From assembly GCA_965287045.1 (NCBI GenBank), contig OZ336878.1:15748001-15812000 (forward strand): a DNA stretch of 64,000 nucleotides, read 5' to 3'. Within the stretch, counting starts at the first letter, position 1; each line of letters begins with the position of its first letter. The DNA is from Carcharhinus amblyrhynchos. Its lineage: Eukaryota. The notes under the pieces are model-generated. The model was not told where the DNA came from and did not search any database. It saw only the letters and a list, made by a program, of their open reading frames with translations. Both the position numbers and the translations under genes were made by a program. Positions 38,392 to 52,000 of this stretch are shown piece after piece.

Positions 38392-39586
38392 GTAACAATT
38401 TTAAAGCAAAGGAGCGGGTTTGGACGCTAATAAAAAAGCAATCGTGAATTTTCTTTCCTCTCATGGAGGTGATTCATTGCACAGCTGTGCATCCAGACAC
38501 ACTAGCAGACTTAAAAATGCCTTTGTAAGTGACCATTCATTATGTTCAAAATTAAATGTCAAACATTGACCAGCTTCTCATTCATAAGAAATGGCAGAGT
38601 GAAGTTCAATTCCATCCCTAACCCAATGTCTACGTAAATGACTCCCATAAGCCTCAGGTAACATCTACTAACTGAACTGGAACTTTTCCCAGTGATTATG
38701 GTACAGGACCACATCACCTTGTATATTTGCTGGCTAAGCCACCAGGTACCCTTAGATAATCCCTTGGTCATTATACCAAACAACCAAGAACTTAGCATTC
38801 TTAGAATTCTGGCAATTTCATTTGAACCACAATGATGCAAAGATGGCTGTTAGATGTTGTACTTATTATTCTAATTAGAATTAAATTATTAGAAGAATAA
38901 CATTTACGCCTTTTACCTTTTCCCTGCACACCATTCAAGGCCCCAAGCGCTCCTTTCAAGTAAAGCAACATTTCACCTGTACCTCTTCAGTTTGGTTTAT
39001 TATACTCGCTGCTCCCAGTATAAGGTATGATTGATGAAGTTTGGAATACAATCGATGAGCGTCGGAGGAGAATCCAAGCACCGTTCACTTAGGGAATATA
39101 GGACATTTTACTCCAACACATCGTCTTTACAATTGCACAAAAGGACCCATCGAGATCATGAATGCAACATTTTTGGGTGATGTCACTGAGTGGCAACATG
39201 AGGATGAGAAACAAGAGGCCAAGTACAGAGCAAATACAAGGACAAAGAATTAGGGATACAGATTCAGATTTTTAAATTCACGATGCTGGTGTACCAAAAT
39301 TAGTGCAAGAAACATTTGTGGGAGGTTCAGATACTTTAAGTGCAGCAAAGAATAAGCCAAGTTTCAAATAATAGATGTACAGTGGATCTATACAAAATGA
39401 AATCTTATGACTACTTTACAGAATAGATGACTAGCAGAATTTTGCTATAGGCTCAGATGATTTAAGCAGTCAAAGTACATTCCCCCCCGCCCTCTTAAAA
39501 TTTCCCCTCACCATTGAAATTATTTTTTTAACCTGTTGCTACTTGGTCACAGTTATCAGACCTTCTAATCCTCAACATGATAAACG

Positions 39587-39860
39587 TAGAATCCCGACAG
39601 TGCAGAAGGAGGCCATTCAGCCCGTTGAGTCTGCACCAACCACAATCCCACCCAGGCCCTATTCCTGTACCCCTCATATTTACCCTGCTAATCGCCCTGA
39701 CACTAGTCAATTTAGCATGGCCAATCCACCTGCACACCTTTGGACTATGGGAGGAAACCCACGCAGACACGGAGAGAATGTGCAAACTCCACAGTGATCC
39801 GAGGTCGGAATTGAACCCAGGTCCCTGGCTTTGTGAGGCAGCAGTGCTAACCACTGCGCC
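39587..39860 (-). mobile_element. HE1-type V-SINE
   Basis: Head, core and tail on the minus strand. Confidence 0.85.
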
Positions 39861-40142
39861 ATACCAAGACCACCTACATCGAGCATCTCCTAAATTGTCA
39901 GCCAGGTTTGTCGGAAAAACTGTCTCCTCCCATTTGTTCTGTTGGAAGTAACTTACAGATGTACACAACCAATGATTTTGCTGCCATGGTTTCACGCAAA
40001 ACAAATTAGACAGTGCTAAGCAAATTTTTTTGGCCTCACTTTTTGAAAGCCAGAGTGTTCATGCAGTGACCCGGCTCTTGAAGGATTGATCTGATCACTC
40101 TGACTTTTAATGACCCAACCACACAATGGTATCATTCCAACT

Positions 40143-40370
40143 GGTGGCACAGTGGTTAGTACTGCTGCCTTACAGCACCCTGGATTCAATTCCAGCCTTG
40201 AATGACTGTCTCTCTGTTTGGACTTTGCACATTGTCCTGATGTCTGTGAGATTTCCTCTGGGTGTTCCGGTTTTGCCCCTCACTCCAGAGATGTGCTGGT
40301 TAGGTGGATTGGCCATGCTAAATTACTCCCCAGTGTCGGGGACTAGCAGGGCAAATATATAGGGTTATGG
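40143..40370 (+). mobile_element. HE1-type V-SINE, 3'-truncated
   Basis: GGTGGCACAGTGGTTAG head and core. Confidence 0.72.
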
Positions 40371-41039
40371 AGACATCTGTCACAATGCTGCCACTCAGTG
40401 ACATCATCCAAAAAATCTTTCCTTTCTGGTTTCTGGCCTACATTCTAGAGGAAACAAGCAAGTAGGAAAGAGCAAAACTGGCCTTTCTTTTGAATGTTCT
40501 ATTAATTTTCTCCTCAAGGTGCTCTGCTCCAAGAGCAATCCCAGATTCTCTAATCTGCACATAACTACACTCCCTCATCCTTGATATTATTTTGGGAAAC
40601 CACCTGTATTCACTACAAGGACTTGACATCCTTCTAAAGTGTAGTACACAGAATTATACACACCACTCCAACTGAGACCTAACCAGTTATTTGTAAAGGT
40701 TTAGTAAACAATGATCCTACTTACCAAGCCTATATCCTATGTACTTTTTTCTAACTACCTCATTGCCTTGATACCTTCAAGGATTTGTGAATATGCACCC
40801 CTTCATCCCTCTGCTCTTTCATCCATTCAGAATGGTACAGTTTTAGATTACAATTCCTTTGCATGTTGTTTCTGCCAAAGTGTGTCACTTAACAACAATG
40901 CACATTAAATTGTATTTGTCACTTGGTTGACTATTTCACCTGTCTGTCCTCCACCCTCTCTGGCAATATAGTGAATATCAAAGTTGTATCAGTCAGAAAC
41001 TTTAAAATTGTACCCAAGTCTGAGGTCAGTTGTACATAA

Positions 41040-41939
41040 TGTTAGGGACCTGATGAAAAAACTCCAAGGTATAGAATGAAGTTAGCCTAGACCCCAACTT
41101 TTTCTTTTGATTTTGACATTAGGGTGAACATAAGGCATTTTGCTCCAGGTATGATTCAGTTGACCCCTCGAAAACTTTTATCGAAACAAACTTAACACAG
41201 AATATAACAAAAAGAATGAGTATAACTTTTAACAATTAAAATACTTAAGAATTATACTTAGTCATGTTTAACAGCTAGCTATCTCTATTGTTCCTATTTA
41301 GCAGTATCCCCGATAGACACAAATCTCCATAGAACCTGTTAGCACCAAAAACAGATATGCTTACATGGACACTAGTTTTCCAGCCTTTTAACAGTTATGG
41401 ACAGAGATCCAGGCAGCAGCTTCTAGAGAAGGATATATCCTCAAGCAGCAGAACTTCAGAAATAAACCTAGTCTTTGGCAGATCCCAGCCTTCAGACTTT
41501 AGAACAGAAAGGGAAATCTCTCCCTGTGCAGCTTCCAAAACATTAACAACTCATACAGCAGACTTTCAGATATCCACTCCCAAAAGGCAGAATCCCTGAG
41601 AAAGAGACTTATTTTCTGGCAGATTCCAGTGTCCAATTTCAGACAGGGGAAAAGAGAAGCTCACAGCATCTAAAGCAACAACTAAGCTTGAATTCTCTGT
41701 GTAAACCTAGCTCCATCCAGTTATCTGTTAATCTATCCAATCAAATCCTACTCAATACAAACAGCAGAACAGCATTATTTTAGATTAAAACAAACATTCG
41801 AGCAATTGGGAGTAATTATGCTGTTGCAGTAATAATACAGGGCTGCTGGATATAGACAAATCAACATTGATAACTGTTAAACCAGATCCTGCACAAGGAA
41901 TATGGCAAGTACATTTCTTAAAGTCACAGTATTGTCACA
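41040..41939. mobile_element. Putative solo LTR interrupting a minus-strand CR1
   Basis: TG...CA ends, imperfect 4-bp flanks ATAA/GTAA; CR1-like sequence continues on both sides. Confidence 0.45.
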
Positions 41940-42861
41940 GTAACAAGGTAAATGCCCAAGCACCAGCCCTTGGGGAAACCCACTACACAGATGCTTTCTT
42001 CTGAAAAGCATCCATTTATCACTAGTCTCTCTGCTATCCCTTTTGTCAATTTTGTAGGCAAATTAGCATTGACCTTTTCATGCCACATTGTTTCTGTTTT
42101 CCAACATGTCTACTATACCAGACTTGGAAAATCTATGTTTACAACATCAATTGCACAGCCTTCAGCCTCTGGGTTTTGCTGTTTTTGTATGGTGCTTCAT
42201 TTTCATTGAAAGGCGTTTTCTCCACAAGGAAATTCATTCCAAGTATATGTCCTGCATCTGATTGCTCTCCACATGGCTTTTGACTCTGTTAACTGTTCGA
42301 GATGTATTTGTGTTATCACTTGCTGTTCAGGATCCCAGCATGTTGTTGCAAATCGAGGCTTGTATACATTAAAAATCACCAAAGAGCACTAGGTACAGAC
42401 ATTGCACAAAGTCCTTGAAGACACATTTCCTAGATTATTATTTTCTATCGCCAAGGTTCCTTTTTGAAACCTAATGTGTTACTAAATATTAAGCAGAAGC
42501 AGCATCAAAACTAATGTAGCTTTACCTTTGAATTATTTGGAAATTATTTTAGGATATGATAAGTCATTTGCCTAGTATGCAAATATCATCATTAAGCAAC
42601 ATGAAGTTTTTTATTGGCTTCTATTGCAGTGGTGACTGTCAATGTAATGAAGGATATGTAGAATCTAGTTGCAAGATTAAAACTAATTTTTTTCGGAAAG
42701 AGCATACATTGCAATGATCTAATTTCAAAAAATAAAATTGTGGAAAGCAGTTCTGCAGACTGAACCTGATAATCACTGCCGGTTACTAAGTTCCTTGCAC
42801 ATTGTATGCCAACTTAAAATTTCCTTTCAAGAGGTCACACTGACTCAACACTTTTTTGCAG

Positions 42862-43021
42862 AGAAAAAGAGAAGGAAAGTGTCCTGGAAGAGAATCAAAG
42901 AGCTCAAGTTGAAGTGGGTGAGAAACAGACAGAGCAGAAGATGCAAGAGGAACATGAGGCACCAGAAAAAGAGAGAGAGCTGGCCAGGAAAAAGGAGCAA
43001 GAACGTAGAAGGAGAGAGGCA
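42862..43021 (+). CDS. BRDT: BRDT penultimate exon (KERELARKKEQERRRREA)
   Basis: ttttttgcag acceptor; start of the C-terminal motif; GTAAGT donor; phase 2/0. Confidence 0.94.
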
Positions 43022-43344
43022 GTAAGTAGCCCAAGACAATACTTTCCAAAAACCAAGACCGTTGCTATTGATTTTGCAATAGTGTTAAATAATTAATGAG
43101 AATGTTATTGTGCTCAAGATGGTAGTTTCTGTGATAACTTTTCCATTTCTAAGAAGCTGCTTCCATCCAATAGTAAAAACCGCACAATTCCTCATCCACT
43201 GTGAGAAGCTAACAGAAAATGTATTGTCCTAGTAGTTAAGTCTGCAATTTAAGAGTGGTCTTTGTAGTTAAGAAATGCCCCAATTTTGGTAGTATTGCAA
43301 TGTAATGGCTGGGAGTCAAGAGTGAGCCTTTTTTAGAAACTGTT

Positions 43345-43612
43345 TATCTTGAGCAATGAAGTTACTGTGGAAATCCCCTAATTGGCACACTCCAGCGCCT
43401 GTTTAGGTACATGGAGGAGGATTAGCATGGCCAATGCACCTAATCGGCATGTCTTTCGGACTGTGGGAGGAAACCAGAGCAGCCATTGGAAACCCAGCAG
43501 ACATGGGAAGAATGTACAAACTCCACACACAGTGACCCCAAGCTGAGAATTGAACCTGGTTTCCTGGTGCTATGAGGCAGCAGTGCTAACCACTGTGCCA
43601 CCATGCTGCCCC
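43345..43612 (-). mobile_element. V-SINE family 2
   Basis: Reverse complement of the family-2 layout. Confidence 0.8.
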
Positions 43613-44631
43613 ATATTAATATTGAATATTAATTTTGGATATTGTGGATATTGAATTTGATGGGTCAGCCATGATCATAATGGATGGCAGGCTGGAAGGG
43701 CTGAATGGCCTACTCCTATTTTTAATGGATGGATGTTTCAAATTTCTTTTTCTAGAAAATATTGGCCACTTAAAATATTTCTTAAAGATTCAAGCTGATT
43801 TTCTCTCTTCCAGGAGTTTGAACTTAATTAATTTCTCCTGAGATTTTAAAAGGAATTCATTGTTTTACATAGAATAGCTTTCAAGTGTAAGTCAGGAGTG
43901 TGATGGAATTTACCTCCACTTACCTGCATGAGCACAACTCCCACAACAACACTCAAAATTGACACCATCTAGGACAAAGCAACCTGCTTGATCTGTAGCC
44001 CACCACAGCCTTCAACATTCATTCCTTCACCATCAGCACACAGTGGCAGCAGTATGTAGTATGTACTATGTACAAGATGCACCGTAGCGACTCACCGAGC
44101 CTGCTTTCGACAGCTCTTCCCAAACTTAATAACTCTACCACCTAAAGGAATAGGGGCAGGAGATGCATGATGCACTACCTTCTGCAAGTTCTTTTTTATT
44201 CATTTGTGGGACATGGGTGTTGCTGGCTGGCCAGCATTTATTGTCCATCTCTAGTTGCCCTTGAGAAGGTGGTGGTGAGCCGCTGCCTTGAATCACTACA
44301 GTCCATGTGCTGTGGGTTAACCCACAATGCCGTTAGGAAGAGAATTCCAGGATTTTGACCCAGCGACTGCAAAGGAATGATGATATGTCCTCCAAGTTGC
44401 GTATCACCTTGCCATGGGACTACAACCCCACTCCTCCAGTATCACAGACCTGGAACTCCCTCCATAAAGTCACTATAATTGCACCCACATCACTCAGACT
44501 GCAGTTCAAGAAGGCAGCTCACCACCTTTTTCAGGGCAATTGAAGAAGGGCAACAAATTCTGGTTTTGCCAGGAATACTTGCAACAGATGAATGAATTGA
44601 AAAAGTAACCTTTATCTCCATTTCATTACAG

Positions 44632-44700
44632 ATGGCAACTACAATTGACATGAATTTACAGAGTGATATTATGGCAACATTTGAGAAAAATCTTTGTTAG
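44632..44700 (+). CDS. BRDT: BRDT terminal coding exon: C-terminal P-TEFb-binding motif MATTIDMNLQSDIMATFEKNLC*
   Basis: cattacag acceptor; matches the BRD4/BRDT C-terminal motif (TIDMxxQSDxMxxFE); TAG at 44698-44700. BRDT is preferred over BRD4 because of the short C-terminal region, BD2 residues (HFxKIP, hydrophobic residue in MFxNCY) and the EPHX4 neighbour. Confidence 0.95.
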   Translation: MATTIDMNLQSDIMATFEKNLC

Positions 44701-46060
44701 AAATCGTGATGTTAATTTGGACTCTGGTCATGCAAAAGTGAATTTCTTTCTGCATGATGATTGAGATAATCTGAAATGACAATTCTGAGTTTTGCAGTTG
44801 TTTAAGCATATTCTAGACACTGGTTATTAAAAGACCCTGATGTGAACTTGACCATCAGATGCTTCCTGTAATGTTCCCTGCATACAGTGGAAGATGGAAG
44901 AACTTGCACTTGCATATAGCACCTTTTTTCTTAGATTTTTCAAATAACCCAAAGCTATTCGCAGAAATGAAATATACTGTGTATTTACAATTATGTGGAC
45001 AAACTGGGGTCAGTGGCTCCTCCTGGATAAAGCAAACTTGTAAATAGGGTGACAATCTCCCTTGTCTGTCTTTTGTAAACCTGAAAATAAAAGATAATGT
45101 GATCTATGTTTTGAATACTTAGGTATAACATGTTTATAACATTAAAAAAATCTACTTGCACAAATGGCTTTTGATTCACTGTAGTTATAAATGTCTTGTT
45201 TTACATTTAACTGGTTTACTGCAATGATGTACTTACGTTTGTATTGAAAGAATTGAGACAAGGGGATAACATTCCCAGTTATTCAAAGACGATGGTTACA
45301 ATAAGGAAAAAGATGTGATGTAATTTTTTTCTACCCTAACATGTTGACATGGCATTAAAATTAGAGTTAATAAATATATATTGTGAGTGATTTTCTTTTC
45401 TCACTTGGTATCAGACATGTTATGAACAGATTTTCTTTCAAAATGTTCATTAATAGATCACAGTTTTCTGTAATCAGATTGTTTCCACAATTTGAACTTT
45501 CCTTGTTTCACTGCTTTGCAACTGCCAACTTATTTGTAATTGCTGGCAACTAGATAAACATGCAGAATTATCCTTTTCAAAACCTCTGTACCGATCTTTG
45601 TAAGTTTATTCATCGGTGTAATGTTTCAGTAAGCCACTTTTGCTTTTTGGAAGGAGGTAATATATTTAAATGACCAGTTCTCCATTGCGACTCCCATTTC
45701 CTCCAGTTCCCCTCCAATCCAATCCCCTCCCAAACTCATTATTCAAGGATAATGGAATCATGTCTCTGAATTTGCATTGAGGGGCAAATTTAGCATGCAG
45801 TATCTATCATTGGTGAAATAGTTCTGTACACAAATATAAATAAACTCAGAAGAAAAAAAATCAGGAGACCTTTGGTATATTGAGGTTTGAGAGAAAATGC
45901 AATCAAACATTAGATGTACAAAGTGGACAATTTTTAATCTATTTTCCTATTACTGACTGATTACTGTTCTAGTTTTGTCAGTATTTCTGTGCTTTAATTT
46001 GTATTAATTTTTCACAGTAGCTGATTGTAATAAAGCATTGTTTGAAGTTGATCCATATGC
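44701..46060 (+). other. Probable BRDT 3' UTR with several poly(A) signals
   Basis: AT-rich stretch after the stop with no recognisable repeat; AATAAA near 45086, 45369, 45839 and 46029. Confidence 0.55.
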
Positions 46061-46802
46061 ATTAAAAAAATCTAAATATACACATCATAAATTTAGCATT
46101 TGACTTTGTACTTCATTATAGAATGAAACACAATATATTGCACTGTTAACTTTAAGAATGAGCGAGTCATGTTTGGAACCAAATTTCTCAACTCTAAGGA
46201 AGAACAATTTCTATAAGTGTGATGGTCTAGCTATATCATATTTTTGCCCTATTTAGAATTTCGGTGTTGTTTTGGAGATGATGTCATTGAACTTAAATGT
46301 TCTGTTACATTCATTCTATAATCTAGTATAAAATTTAAGGCCTTTCAATGTGTTTGATTATTGCTCATAGGTATTGTTCCTTGGAGCTGGCTTTTTGTTT
46401 ATAGTTGACTTGAATACTTTGGATTGACACAGTCCAGCCAAGACATGTGGTGTATTAATATGCTGAGGTGCATGGATTGTCACGTTGGTGATCTAAAACA
46501 TGCAACCACGCACCACCAGCCTAACTCATTAAATTAAATATTAGTTGCTGTGACTCTCAAACTGACATGGGTTTGGGCCTGTCTGATCAGCCTGACTGCA
46601 GATGTACATGCATTAAAATAAATGTCAGCCTGATTTGTAGCAGACTTCAAAGTCAACAAAGCAGCATCATTTCATAACAATCCAAGGATATATTACTACT
46701 TTCTGCTTTGAGGCAACCTTAACTGACACAGCTCAGAGTTGCACTGATACACTTTATTCAGTGAACTATGCCAGCTGTGATCCTTTCCTGTAGCAGCATG
46801 AG

Positions 46803-47025
46803 GGTGGTACAGCAGTTAGGACAGCGGCAGGGACCCAGGTTTGATTCCCGGCTTGGGTCACTGTCACAGCGGAGTCTGCACGTTCTCCTCGTGTCTGGTT
46901 AGGTGCATTGGCCATGCTAAATTCTCCCTCAGTGTACCTGAGTAGGTGCCGGAGTGTGGTGACTGGAGTATTCTTACAGTAACGTCATTACAGTGTTAGT
47001 GTGAGCCAACTTGTGACACACACAA
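46803..47025 (+). mobile_element. V-SINE family 2 with internal deletion
   Basis: Head and tail present; part of the core missing. Confidence 0.7.
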
Positions 47026-47317
47026 ACTTTAGCATTCTCACCGTTTGCTATTTAGGTAGATAGGAACAATAAGAAAATGTAAAGTTACTTTGTAATTGCA
47101 ACTGTCAGCATTTCTCAGCAGTTGTCTCTGTTCGCACAATCCTTTGTTAAAGTGTCAACTTCAGCTTCAGAAAGAGAAATATCTAACATTTTACAACCAA
47201 TTGATATTAAGAATTTCGTTGTGCACCTTATTACGCAATGAAAGTTCATGTGTAGCTGCTAACTCCCATTGTTTGGAAATGGACAGGCCTGAAGTCTCAA
47301 TTATTTATCGCTATTAC

Positions 47318-47550
47318 CATAAAATTCCTACAGTGCCGATAGAGGCCATCCAGCCCATACTGTCTGCACTGACTCTGAAAGACCATCCCACCCAGGCCCT
47401 ACCTGTGCATTGAGCATAGCCAATCCACCTAACCTGCGCATCTTTGGAGTGTTGGAGGAAACTGGAACAGCTGGACGAAACCCATATAGACACAGGGAGA
47501 ATGTGCAAACTCCACACAGTCACCCAATGCTGGAATTGAGCCTAGATCCC
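47318..47550 (-). mobile_element. HE1-type V-SINE
   Basis: Tail and core on the minus strand. Confidence 0.72.
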
Positions 47551-48526
47551 TGAAATGGACAGAAGAGATTGGCAGCTAATGTTAAAGGGAATCCAAAAAT
47601 GTTTCTATGGATATATAAAAGGATGTAAGTGGTGGACTGGAGCCAATTAAAGACTGAAAAGAGGATATACAGAGTTTGGGAGCACAGCTAGACTATTCAT
47701 GAGTACTTTGCATCTGTTTTTACCAAGGAAGATACTCCTGCCCAGACCATGGTGGAAGACAAGGTGGTTCAAACACCAGAAGGACTTAAAAGTTGAGGGC
47801 TGACTATATTTGAAGAGCTGACTATACTTAATGTTGATAAAGCGCCAAGACCAGGACATCAGATATTGGAGTGCAGCTTGAACTGAATGAGGCAGCACAG
47901 TGGTTGGCATTGTTTCCTAGCACCAGGGACCCAAGTTCAATTTTGGCCTTGGTCACTGGAACTTGAGCAGCACTGGATTCCCTGTGGTATATCAATGAGA
48001 CTGAGAACTACATGGGTATCACAGTTTGGGAAGTGGCCATGCTGCAGCTTAGAACCTGCAGGTAGGGAGGGAATGTGTGACTGTCAGATTGTCTGAGAAC
48101 CAAGGGTGGAGTGCAGGAGCCTGAGTCAATCTCATTTGTTAACTGGTTTTGCATCTTGGATGCTGATTGGGTGGTGGTGGGGGGAATGTCAGGCAGTTCA
48201 TTCTTCAGAAGAGCAACAGGAGCCACATCTGTGATACCACTGATGACTAAGATGCACAGGATCGGAGAAAGAAGAGGGAAAGGGCAATAATAAAGGGGAA
48301 CTCATAGTTGGGTGAACAGATGGGTATTCCTGCTGTAGATGTAATTCCAAGATTGTATATTGCCTTCCTGGTGCCAAAATAAAGTATGTCACAGGGCATT
48401 TTTCTGGGGTGAAGATGATTAACAGACGCTGTGGCCCACACTGGTACTAACGTAGGAAGAGGATTAAGGTGCTGGAAGTTATTTTTAGGAAGTTAGGAAA
48501 TAAGTGAGATCTCAAAAGGAGTATCA

Positions 48527-48842
48527 TACAGAATCATAGAGTCCCTGCAATACAGAAGGAGGCCATTCAGCCCATTGAGTCTGTACCAATCACAATCCCA
48601 CCCAATCCCAATTTCTGTAACCCCATGTTGCTATTCCCCTGACACAAAGGAGCAATTTATCATGGCCAGTCAACCTAGCCAGCATATCTTTGGACAGTGG
48701 GGGGAAACCGGAGCACCCAGAGGAAACGCACGCAGACACAGGGAGAACATGCAAACTCCACACAAGCAGTAAGCCGAGGCTGGAACTGAACCTGGGATCC
48801 TGGGCTGTGAGGCAGCAGTGCTAACCACTGTGCCACCGTGCT
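48527..48842 (-). mobile_element. HE1-type V-SINE nested in CR1 ORF1-like sequence
   Basis: Full head/core/tail within degenerate CR1 sequence (~48260-49100). Confidence 0.82.
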
Positions 48843-49431
48843 GTTTATAATTTCAGGATTCCTCCCAGTTTCCACATGCTGGTGAGCATAGAAATGGGAG
48901 GATTAAACAATTGAACATGTGGCTAAAAGATTAGTATGGTGTGAGGGCATCAAATATCTGAGACATTGGAACTGGTTCTGGGGCAACTGGGAGACGAGAT
49001 GGATGATTTGCACCTCAGCAGTACCAGAGCGAACATCCTTGCAGGGAGATTGGCTGGTCCTGTTGGAGAGGGTTTAAACTAGATTGGTGGGGTGGTGGCT
49101 GGTAACCTGTTGGAAGTTCTGAATGGGGAAGCAAAACTGGTGACTGGAAGTTTTAAAAAAAAAAGTGGAATTAGATGGCAGATGAAACAAAGGAAAGCAT
49201 TAATTAGGATCAGAATGTAGAATAATATTTAAAAGACGTTTACTGGCACTCTATCTGAATGAATTCTGCATTCTCAAGGTGTATAGGTTGAAGGGGTATT
49301 GACAGTGTGGATGTGGAGAGGATATTTCCCTTGTTGAAGAACCTGGAAGTAGGGGTGAAGTTTAAAAATAAGGGGTTACCCATTTAAGACAGAGATAAGG
49401 AGAAATCTCTTTCGTGTCAAATAGAGTGGGC

Positions 49432-49705
49432 CAACACAGTGATTAGCACTGTTACCTCACAGCGCCATGGAGCCAGGTTTGAATCCTGACTTGGGTCACT
49501 GTCCATGTGAGTTTGTACATTCTCCCTGTGTCTGCATGGGTTTCCTTCCACAGTCCAAAGATGTGTGCAGGTTAGGTGAATTTGTCATGATAAATTCTCC
49601 TTCAGTGTACCTGAACAGGCGCTGGAGTGTGGCAACTGGGGGAATCTTCACAGTAACTTCATTGCAGTGTGAATGTAAGCCTACCTGTGAAACTAATAAA
49701 TAAGC
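49432..49705 (+). mobile_element. V-SINE family 2
   Basis: Head/core plus GTAAGCCTACCTGTGAAACTAATAAATAA tail. Confidence 0.78.
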
Positions 49706-49896
49706 TTTACTTTAGTGAAGAACTTCAAAAAGACATGGACAGGTTGATAGACTGGGCCAAAATTGAATGCAGAGAGGTATATTGTAATTCATTTTGATAG
49801 GAAGAACATGTAAAGACAGTGAAATATAAAGAATACAATTCTAAAGGTAGGGCAGGTAGAGAGAAAGCTTTAGGTGCATAAATCATTGAGGGTAGC

Positions 49897-50838
49897 TGTC
49901 AAGAATATGCCTAATAACAAGCAATATCAAGAATGTAACAAAACTAACAGGGAGAAGCCACCAATATTTCAAAAGACATTACCAGGACGTGAGTCTCCCA
50001 GTAATGAGATCAGCAGGCTTTAGACAGACCAGAAGAATATATCATCTTGGCTAGTAGGAAACACATTAGTTAGACAATTGAAACGTCAAGGGGAGATATA
50101 CATATTTTAAACCCACATGATGAAGGAGCAGTGCTCCAAAGGCTCGTGATTCCAAATAATGGACTTTAACCTGGTATTGTGAGACTTCTTACTGTGCCCA
50201 CCCCAGTCCAACACCAGCATCTCCACCTTGTTAGGTTTTTTAAGCCATTGAAGCTGAGGGGACAGATATCAAACACACAGAACAATCAAGGGGAAAATAG
50301 TATAATGGCTAATACTCCTGAATCTGCCTGCCTTGTTTCCCACCTAGCAGCCTGGAAGCTAATTCCAGCTAGCAAACAAGAAGCAAGAATGCAGAAACCT
50401 TTGTGGCGGCAGTTAGAACCATATCTTAGCTAAACCAAGAAGGGACATTTCCCAGAATAACTCTTCAATCATGTAGTGTGATCACTATAAACTGGCCTTT
50501 ACTTATAGATCTATTGAAGTGGATGTTGTTTGGGAAGGAATTCACATTTCTTAAACATGCTTTGGATCAAAAAGGGTAATTTCTGCATAAACTGTATGGG
50601 TGTGTTTAGTAGTTCTCATATGTCTTGGATGATTACAGTCCTGTTCGGTTACATATGCCTTTCTTTAATTGTGATAAATAGTCGTTAGTAAGTGTTATAC
50701 TACAACTGGCTGGCTACTTTCTCACTAGGACTTCCACATGACTCCTTACTCCATCCCCGTTAACAAAATTGTACACCACCACAAACCAGTGTTCCAAGTT
50801 GGGACACTCTCCAATTAACATCAGCCAGGTTAGTGACA
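49897..50838 (+). mobile_element. Putative solo LTR (TGTCA...TGACA) inserted in CR1
   Basis: 5-bp inverted termini; flanks GTAGC/GTGGT consistent with a decayed 5-bp TSD; TATAAA near 50486; CR1 sequence resumes at 50839. Confidence 0.65.
50117..50227 (+). mobile_element. Penelope-like terminal fragment with decayed hammerhead core
   Basis: TGATGAAGGAGCAGTGCTCCAAAG...GGACTTTAACCTGGTATTGTGAGACTTCTTACTG; same family as 52001-52158. Confidence 0.6.
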
Positions 50839-50849
50839 GTGGTAGGATA

Positions 50850-51580
50850 GGTTAAGAGAGCAGTTAATAAAGCATATGGCATCCTGGGCTTTGTCAATGG
50901 GGACATAGCATACAAAAGCAAGGAAGATGTGTTAAACTGATATCAAACACCAGTCAGGCCTCAAATGGAGCATTGTGACCAGTTCTGGGCACCACACTTT
51001 GGAAAACATAGAAAATGGGTGCAAGAGTAGGTCATTTAGCCCTTTGAGCCTGCACCGCCATTCAATGTGATCATGGCTGATCTTGCACTTTCAGTGTCTC
51101 ACTCCCAATTTCTCTCTATACCCTTTGATCCCTTTAGCTGCAAAGGCCACGTCTAGCTCCCTCTTGAACATATCTAATGGACTGGACCCAACATCTTTCT
51201 GTGGTAAAGAATTCACCCTGAGTGAAGAATTCACTCTCATTTCAGTCTGAATGGCTTACCCCCTATTCTTAGACTCTGACCCATAGTTCCGGACTTGCCC
51301 AACATCAGGAACATTCTTCCTGCATCAAGCCTGTCCAATCCCATCAGGATTTTATGTTTCCATGAGATTCCCTCTCATTCTTCTAAATTCCAGTGAATAC
51401 AAATCCAGTTGATCCAAACTCTCTTCATATGTCAGTCTTCCCATTCCAGGAATCAGTCTGATTAACCTTCACTGGTTTGGAGAATGTAGGGACATTAAAG
51501 AGGGTTCAGAACAGATTCTAAAGAACGGTTCCAGGCATGAGAACTTCCAATTACTTAGACTAGAGAAATTGGGATTGTAA
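50850..51580. mobile_element. CR1 (+) fragment with nested CR1 3' end (-) at ~51005-51475
   Basis: Plus-strand ORF2-end sequence broken by a reverse-oriented CR1 3' UTR. Confidence 0.7.
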
Positions 51581-52000
51581 CTATCCTATGATTATTTTTC
51601 CCTTCTCATTCTACAGGCAGTAGATCATGTTTACCCTTCAGCTGGTCATGAATCTTCAGCGATTCATGTGTGAAGACATTTGGAAACAATAGGACCTGGT
51701 GAGGACTGGAGTAATGGGAATAAGAGACGTCAGCTCAGATCATGCACAGCAGGATGTGGATGAACTGCAACTTATTCATTCAGTATTCAGTAGTTCATTT
51801 GAAAAGCCAAACTTTGGAGTAATGAAAAGTAATCTCACTGTCCATCTTTGCACCTTTCTCACCCTTGTCAAAGTATTGAAAGTAGAATAAGATGATCTTG
51901 GTGGCCAAAAAGGAAGAGAGATTGGCTTGAGATTGAACAGCATACAATCCTGGTTTGCATCACGACTGTGCCATTAATACAACTGCCACTTTAACTCAAA

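Noticed and set aside
1747-44700. BRD2, BRD3 or BRD4 identity
   Set aside because: The C-terminal motif excludes BRD2/BRD3. The short C-terminal region, BRDT-like BD2 residues and an EPHX4 (not EPHX3) neighbour argue against BRD4, though no tree was run.
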